Positions 59,682 through 64,000 of a stretch of DNA of 64,000 nucleotides are shown piece by piece; the stretch's first letter is position 1; every line of letters begins with the position of its first letter. The notes below the pieces were generated by a model that worked only from the letters and a program-made list of their open reading frames with translations, had not been told where the DNA came from and did not search any database. This DNA is from an archaeon (GTDB taxonomy: Archaea > Nanobdellota > Nanobdellia > SCGC-AAA011-G17 > GW2011-AR17): the NCBI GenBank assembly GCA_043814545.1, contig JBDRJY010000011.1, positions 13,013 to 77,012 on the forward strand, given 5' to 3'. The position numbers were made by a program, and so were the translations under genes.

Positions 59682-60584
59682 ATGGTGAAAATACCAAAAG
59701 TTTCAATTGTAATTACAGCTTGGGACGAATCTGAAGCGACAAAAGAGTGTATCAAACGTTTTTTGGAACAAGATAAATTACCTATATTTGAAATGTTTGT
59801 TGTATGTCCTGACAAAGAAACTAAAAAAGTTGTTCTTGATTATCAAAAAAAGTATAAACAGATTTATCACGTCCACCAAGATCGTAAGGTTGGTAAAAAT
59901 GAAATGTTAATCCAATGTATGAACAAAGCTAAAGGCGAAGTTATTATTTTTACCGATGGTGATATTTATGTTAGCAAAAATACTGTGAAAGATATTGTTA
60001 AAGCGTTTAAGAATCCTAAGATAGGGTGTATTACTGGTCGTCCTATTTCATCTAACCCTAGAAATACAATGATGGGGTACTGGTCACATTTACTTTTAGA
60101 CGCTGGCGCGCATAACATGCGAAAGTATCGTGCTAAAAGAGGCGAGTATATTGAATGTTCCGGTTATTTATTCGCAATACGTAACGGTGTTATCAAAGAT
60201 ATGCCTTTGGATGTTGCTGAAGATTCTATCATACCTGCAATGTTTATTGACAAAGATTACAAAGTCGGTTATGTTTCTAAAGCTCTTGCAGCTGTAGAGT
60301 TTCCTGACAATTTTCATGACTGGATCCGGCAAAAAACACGGTGTGCTAAGGCACATGAAAAGATTAACGATTATGTTGACGTTCCTAAAATGAAATCTTT
60401 AGGCAACGAATTGTTTAAAGGCGCATTCTGGGCGTTAGATTATCCTCGAAACTTGAAAGAGTTTGTATGGACATTAGCATTGTTCCCAGCACGAGCTTAC
60501 ATTTGGGGACAGTATTATTATCAAACTAAAATCCAAAACAGCCATTATGGCGAAACTTGGAAAAAAATACATGCACGAAAATGA
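59682..60584 (+). CDS. GT2 glycosyltransferase
   Basis: VSIVITAWDE, FTDGD, AED and RQKTR motifs. Confidence 0.9.
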   Translation: MVKIPKVSIVITAWDESEATKECIKRFLEQDKLPIFEMFVVCPDKETKKVVLDYQKKYKQIYHVHQDRKVGKNEMLIQCMNKAKGEVIIFTDGDIYVSKNTVKDIVKAFKNPKIGCITGRPISSNPRNTMMGYWSHLLLDAGAHNMRKYRAKRGEYIECSGYLFAIRNGVIKDMPLDVAEDSIIPAMFIDKDYKVGYVSKALAAVEFPDNFHDWIRQKTRCAKAHEKINDYVDVPKMKSLGNELFKGAFWALDYPRNLKEFVWTLALFPARAYIWGQYYYQTKIQNSHYGETWKKIHARK

Positions 60585-61486
60585 ATATTAAAACTAAAAA
60601 AAGTAGGTTAGAAGTTATTGAAACTTTGAAAAATGTTGTTGATTCTTTAATGCCTGAATTTAATACGCGTTTGGTACAAAAGTTAAGGCCGCAAGAACGT
60701 AGGTTGTATCAACGGTTAGGTGAAATTACTTTTGACGAAGGTAACTGGTACAGACCGCACCATAATTTTATCGTGACTGCTGCAATGAACCAAATTTGTC
60801 GCAAAAATTCTTTTTTACGACGAGAAGCTTTAATGAGTCTTGCAATGTTACATGATATAGGATATTCTAGACTCAAAATTAATATCCAAGGCGCCGACTG
60901 GGAATCTGCTGATAAACGTATTGCGCATATGGTTGAAGGTGCTCACATGTACAGGGAGATTATGGTTGATATGCATAAAAATGGTAAGTATCATCTTAAT
61001 CCTATAAGACTAGATGATTTTGACGACGGACCTTATTCAAGTATTGAAGATTGCGCACACATAGTTGCAGTTCATGATAATCCTTACATTGGAAAAACTA
61101 TTGACAAACCTGACGGCTTACATTTACGTGACGCTGACAGGTTATATGTTTGTTCTTTTTCAAGTTTTGTTAAAGATTATTTGAATTATTTGGATAAAGA
61201 AATGAAATTAACAGCCGAGCAGTTTGTACAACGTAGGGCTTATAGTTTTATTAGGCCTGAAGAACAAAATCCTTTATTTTTAATTATGCCTGACAGGCCT
61301 GAACAGTTTTATGAAAAAAAATATGAACCATTTATCTTAGAACATCCAAAAAAACTTTGGACACAGCAAATAATGGACAGGGGTTTTGAAGTAAGGTGTA
61401 ACAGAATGTTTGACATGGATATACAAGAGTTTAAATATTATGCTGAAAAAGAGTTGCAAAGAGAAGCTGAACAATTTTTATCTTAA
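60581..61486 (+). CDS. HD-domain protein
   Basis: H...V, LHDIGYS, H..EG, HD and DADRL motifs. Confidence 0.8.
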   Translation: MNIKTKKSRLEVIETLKNVVDSLMPEFNTRLVQKLRPQERRLYQRLGEITFDEGNWYRPHHNFIVTAAMNQICRKNSFLRREALMSLAMLHDIGYSRLKINIQGADWESADKRIAHMVEGAHMYREIMVDMHKNGKYHLNPIRLDDFDDGPYSSIEDCAHIVAVHDNPYIGKTIDKPDGLHLRDADRLYVCSFSSFVKDYLNYLDKEMKLTAEQFVQRRAYSFIRPEEQNPLFLIMPDRPEQFYEKKYEPFILEHPKKLWTQQIMDRGFEVRCNRMFDMDIQEFKYYAEKELQREAEQFLS

Positions 61487-62622
61487 ATTCTAATATATTT
61501 TTCTATAGCATCCATCATTTCTGTAATAGAAATCCGTTCCATGCAATTAGGTTTTACTGTACACTTAAACTGATCATAACAGTTCATACAATCCAAATCC
61601 TTTGCGTACAAGGCTACGCCTCTATTATACATATGAATCTCTTGCCAAGGCGTCGGGCCAAACACTGCTATCGTCGGCGTTTTCATTGCTAAAGAAATAT
61701 GTAAGCCTGACGTGTCGCCAGTTAGTGTAATGTTACAAGATTTTAATAACCAGCCAAACTCTGTCAAAGATGTTTTAGCTGTCATGTCAAAAAGGAATAA
61801 ACTTGCATCGTCGTATTCTTTCGCCAAATCATTAATTATTTTTTTGTTTAACTCTAATTCTGATTTTGTGCCTAAGAAAATAAATTTAGCGTTATATTTT
61901 TTTCTTAACCTTCTGATTATTTCCTTGTAACCATCGTCAGTCCATTTTTTGTGAGGGTAAACAGGACCGCAGCCAGTGTTCATACCGATTATGATTTCGT
62001 TATCTTTTATTCCGTGTTTTGTTTTAAAATTTTTTAGGTATTCGTCTTCGCCGTCAGGAAAATATAACTCGTAATCGTTGTTAGTAAATTCTAATCCTAC
62101 TATGTCAAACATTAATTCTTGGTACGATTTTCTGTTTTGAGTTTTTTTACCATAATTGTCCATGCACATTTCAAAATGTTCTTGAGTTTCTTTGTTAAAC
62201 GGTACAATGTAACCTTTCGGGCTTAACGCGTAACCTAGTTTATTTTTTGCTTGACAATGCATTGCCAATGCGCAAGTTTTAGAATCTTTTTCTAAGTTAA
62301 TTAAAGTGTCAAACTGTTCTGCTACTAACTGCATATAGGTTTCAAAATTATATTCTAAAATTCTATCAATATATGGGTTTGCAACTAATAGTTCTTTTGA
62401 CACTTTGCCTACCAACCAAGTTAATTGTGCGTTAGGATATTTTTCTTTTAACGCTTTTGCTAACGGAGTTACCCTTACAACATCACCGATAGCACCTAAC
62501 TTAATTAACAAAATTCTTTTTTCTACATGTTCAAAATTTTTACAATCTTTACAATCGCAAGATTTGTCTACCCAATAGAATTTGCAAGGTCTGTCGCCTT
62601 TAAAATGTTTACAAAAACTCAT
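61483..62622 (-). CDS. GT9 heptosyltransferase-like protein with Cys-rich N-terminus
   Basis: IKLGAIGDVVR, KKW and TGDTSGLHISLA...FGPT motifs. Confidence 0.92.
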   Translation of the reverse strand: MSFCKHFKGDRPCKFYWVDKSCDCKDCKNFEHVEKRILLIKLGAIGDVVRVTPLAKALKEKYPNAQLTWLVGKVSKELLVANPYIDRILEYNFETYMQLVAEQFDTLINLEKDSKTCALAMHCQAKNKLGYALSPKGYIVPFNKETQEHFEMCMDNYGKKTQNRKSYQELMFDIVGLEFTNNDYELYFPDGEDEYLKNFKTKHGIKDNEIIIGMNTGCGPVYPHKKWTDDGYKEIIRRLRKKYNAKFIFLGTKSELELNKKIINDLAKEYDDASLFLFDMTAKTSLTEFGWLLKSCNITLTGDTSGLHISLAMKTPTIAVFGPTPWQEIHMYNRGVALYAKDLDCMNCYDQFKCTVKPNCMERISITEMMDAIEKYIRI

Positions 62623-63317
62623 TTTTTCTCCGCGACAACCACCATTTCTTTACAGTCCCTGAATAAGCCTAGCCCTGCTAGTAAAGGATAACTTATGAAA
62701 TCAGGTAGCCAGTAAAACATTGAAAAGCCATGAGCGTAATTGAATTTATTTTTTATAACTTCAAAACCGTTTTTGTGTAATAAATTTCCTATGCTTTGAA
62801 ATGTCCAGTTGTATAAGTGTTGGTCCACTGAAGGTTCAAACTTTCTAGGTTTAGAATTTTCGTGTGGCAAAACTAAAACTAATCTACCACCATATTTCAA
62901 AACTCTATTCATATGTTTAATAAATCTTGCAGGATCTTCCAAATGTTCCAAGCAATGTACACTTAACATTCCGTCAAACGAATGCGATGGTAACTTTGCA
63001 ATGTCTTTATGAACTTTTATACCTCTTTCTTCACATTTTTTAATACAGAAATCGCTGATGTCAACGCCTTGTGATTGGTCTTTATGACAAAACATGTTCT
63101 GGCCCAGACCAATACCTAGTTCTAAAAACTGTCCGGTATTTTTAGCTTTCAAATATTTCCAATATTTTTTATTTGCGTACCTAGCTCTAAAATTATAATA
63201 CTTTTCGTTCGTCAAAAGATGCTTATGGAAATAGGAATGATAATCTTCCTCATAACCCACCATTTTTTTCACCATTTTAGGTTTGAGATTAAGTATGGGT
63301 TTAAAAGATTTATGCAA
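62619..63317 (-). CDS. class I SAM-dependent methyltransferase
   Basis: LELGIGLG, GVDIS, HCLEHLEDP and LKYGGRL motifs. Confidence 0.88.
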   Translation of the reverse strand: MHKSFKPILNLKPKMVKKMVGYEEDYHSYFHKHLLTNEKYYNFRARYANKKYWKYLKAKNTGQFLELGIGLGQNMFCHKDQSQGVDISDFCIKKCEERGIKVHKDIAKLPSHSFDGMLSVHCLEHLEDPARFIKHMNRVLKYGGRLVLVLPHENSKPRKFEPSVDQHLYNWTFQSIGNLLHKNGFEVIKNKFNYAHGFSMFYWLPDFISYPLLAGLGLFRDCKEMVVVAEKK

Positions 63318-63359
63318 AAGTTAACTATAAATACTAGCTTAGACAAAGGTTTTAATCAT

Positions 63360-64000
63360 ATGGCAAAGGTTAGCGCTAGGCAAAAAAAACAAGAAAAAAT
63401 TAATGAATTAGAAGCTGAGTTAAGTAAGACCAAGTATAACAAACGTACACAACATTCAGTCGGATTACTTAAAGCTAAGATTGCTAGGTTGAAAGATGTT
63501 GAAGTTAAAGCTTCTGGTAAAAAAAGTGCTACCGATGGCTATAACGTACGTAAAACCGGTGATGGTACAATTATCTTGGTAGGGTTTCCTTCTGTAGGAA
63601 AAAGTACATTGTTGAACGCTATCACAAACGCTGAATCACCAGTTGGTGCTTATGATTTCACCACCTTATCTGTTATCCCAGGTTTGCTTGAACATAAACA
63701 TGCTAAGATTCAAGTTCTTGATGTTCCAGGTATTGTGGCTGGTGCTGCTGTAGGTACTGGTCGAGGTAAAGAAGTTCTTGCTTGCGCTGTCAATGCAGAT
63801 TTAGTTCTAATGCTAATTGATGTATTTAATATTAAACATCTTGATGTTATCAAAAAAGAAATTTATGATACTCGTATCCGTTTGAACCAGGAAAAACCCT
63901 TTGTTAAAATTACTAAAACTAGTAAAGGCGGACTTATTGTTGGTGCTACTGTTAAATTGACTAAAATTAATAAACAAACTGTTAAAGCTATCATGAACGA
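63360..64000 (+). CDS. DRG/Rbg-family GTPase, 3'-truncated by the window edge (not in the ORF track)
   Basis: MAKVS...TKYNKRTQH...LKAKIARL, VGFPSVGKST, YDFTT and DVPG motifs. Confidence 0.92.
   Translation, partial: MAKVSARQKKQEKINELEAELSKTKYNKRTQHSVGLLKAKIARLKDVEVKASGKKSATDGYNVRKTGDGTIILVGFPSVGKSTLLNAITNAESPVGAYDFTTLSVIPGLLEHKHAKIQVLDVPGIVAGAAVGTGRGKEVLACAVNADLVLMLIDVFNIKHLDVIKKEIYDTRIRLNQEKPFVKITKTSKGGLIVGATVKLTKINKQTVKAIMN

Overview
AT-rich, gene-dense chromosomal segment from an archaeon, most likely a DPANN lineage such as Woesearchaeota (inferred from Kae1, archease/RtcB, PINA, the OapABC-like operon, class III signal-peptide pilins, DRG/YchF GTPases, a BHB-intron tRNA and a tRNA-Ile with a UAU anticodon). 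It holds tRNA-processing and housekeeping genes, a type IV pilus (Tad-like) locus, several surface or S-layer-like proteins, and a ~18 kb surface-glycan locus with a fused ADP-heptose pathway, GT9 transferases and three radical SAM enzymes. Most notable: (1) an orphan DGR-type template repeat at ~39406-39495 (minus strand) with no RT or target in the window; (2) a dispersed ~20-bp hairpin repeat with compensatory base changes that brackets accessory DNA in inverted pairs; (3) two peptidoglycan-hydrolase-family genes in an archaeon; (4) an intron-containing tRNA-Ile(UAU). All calls come from reading motifs by eye; no searches were run.
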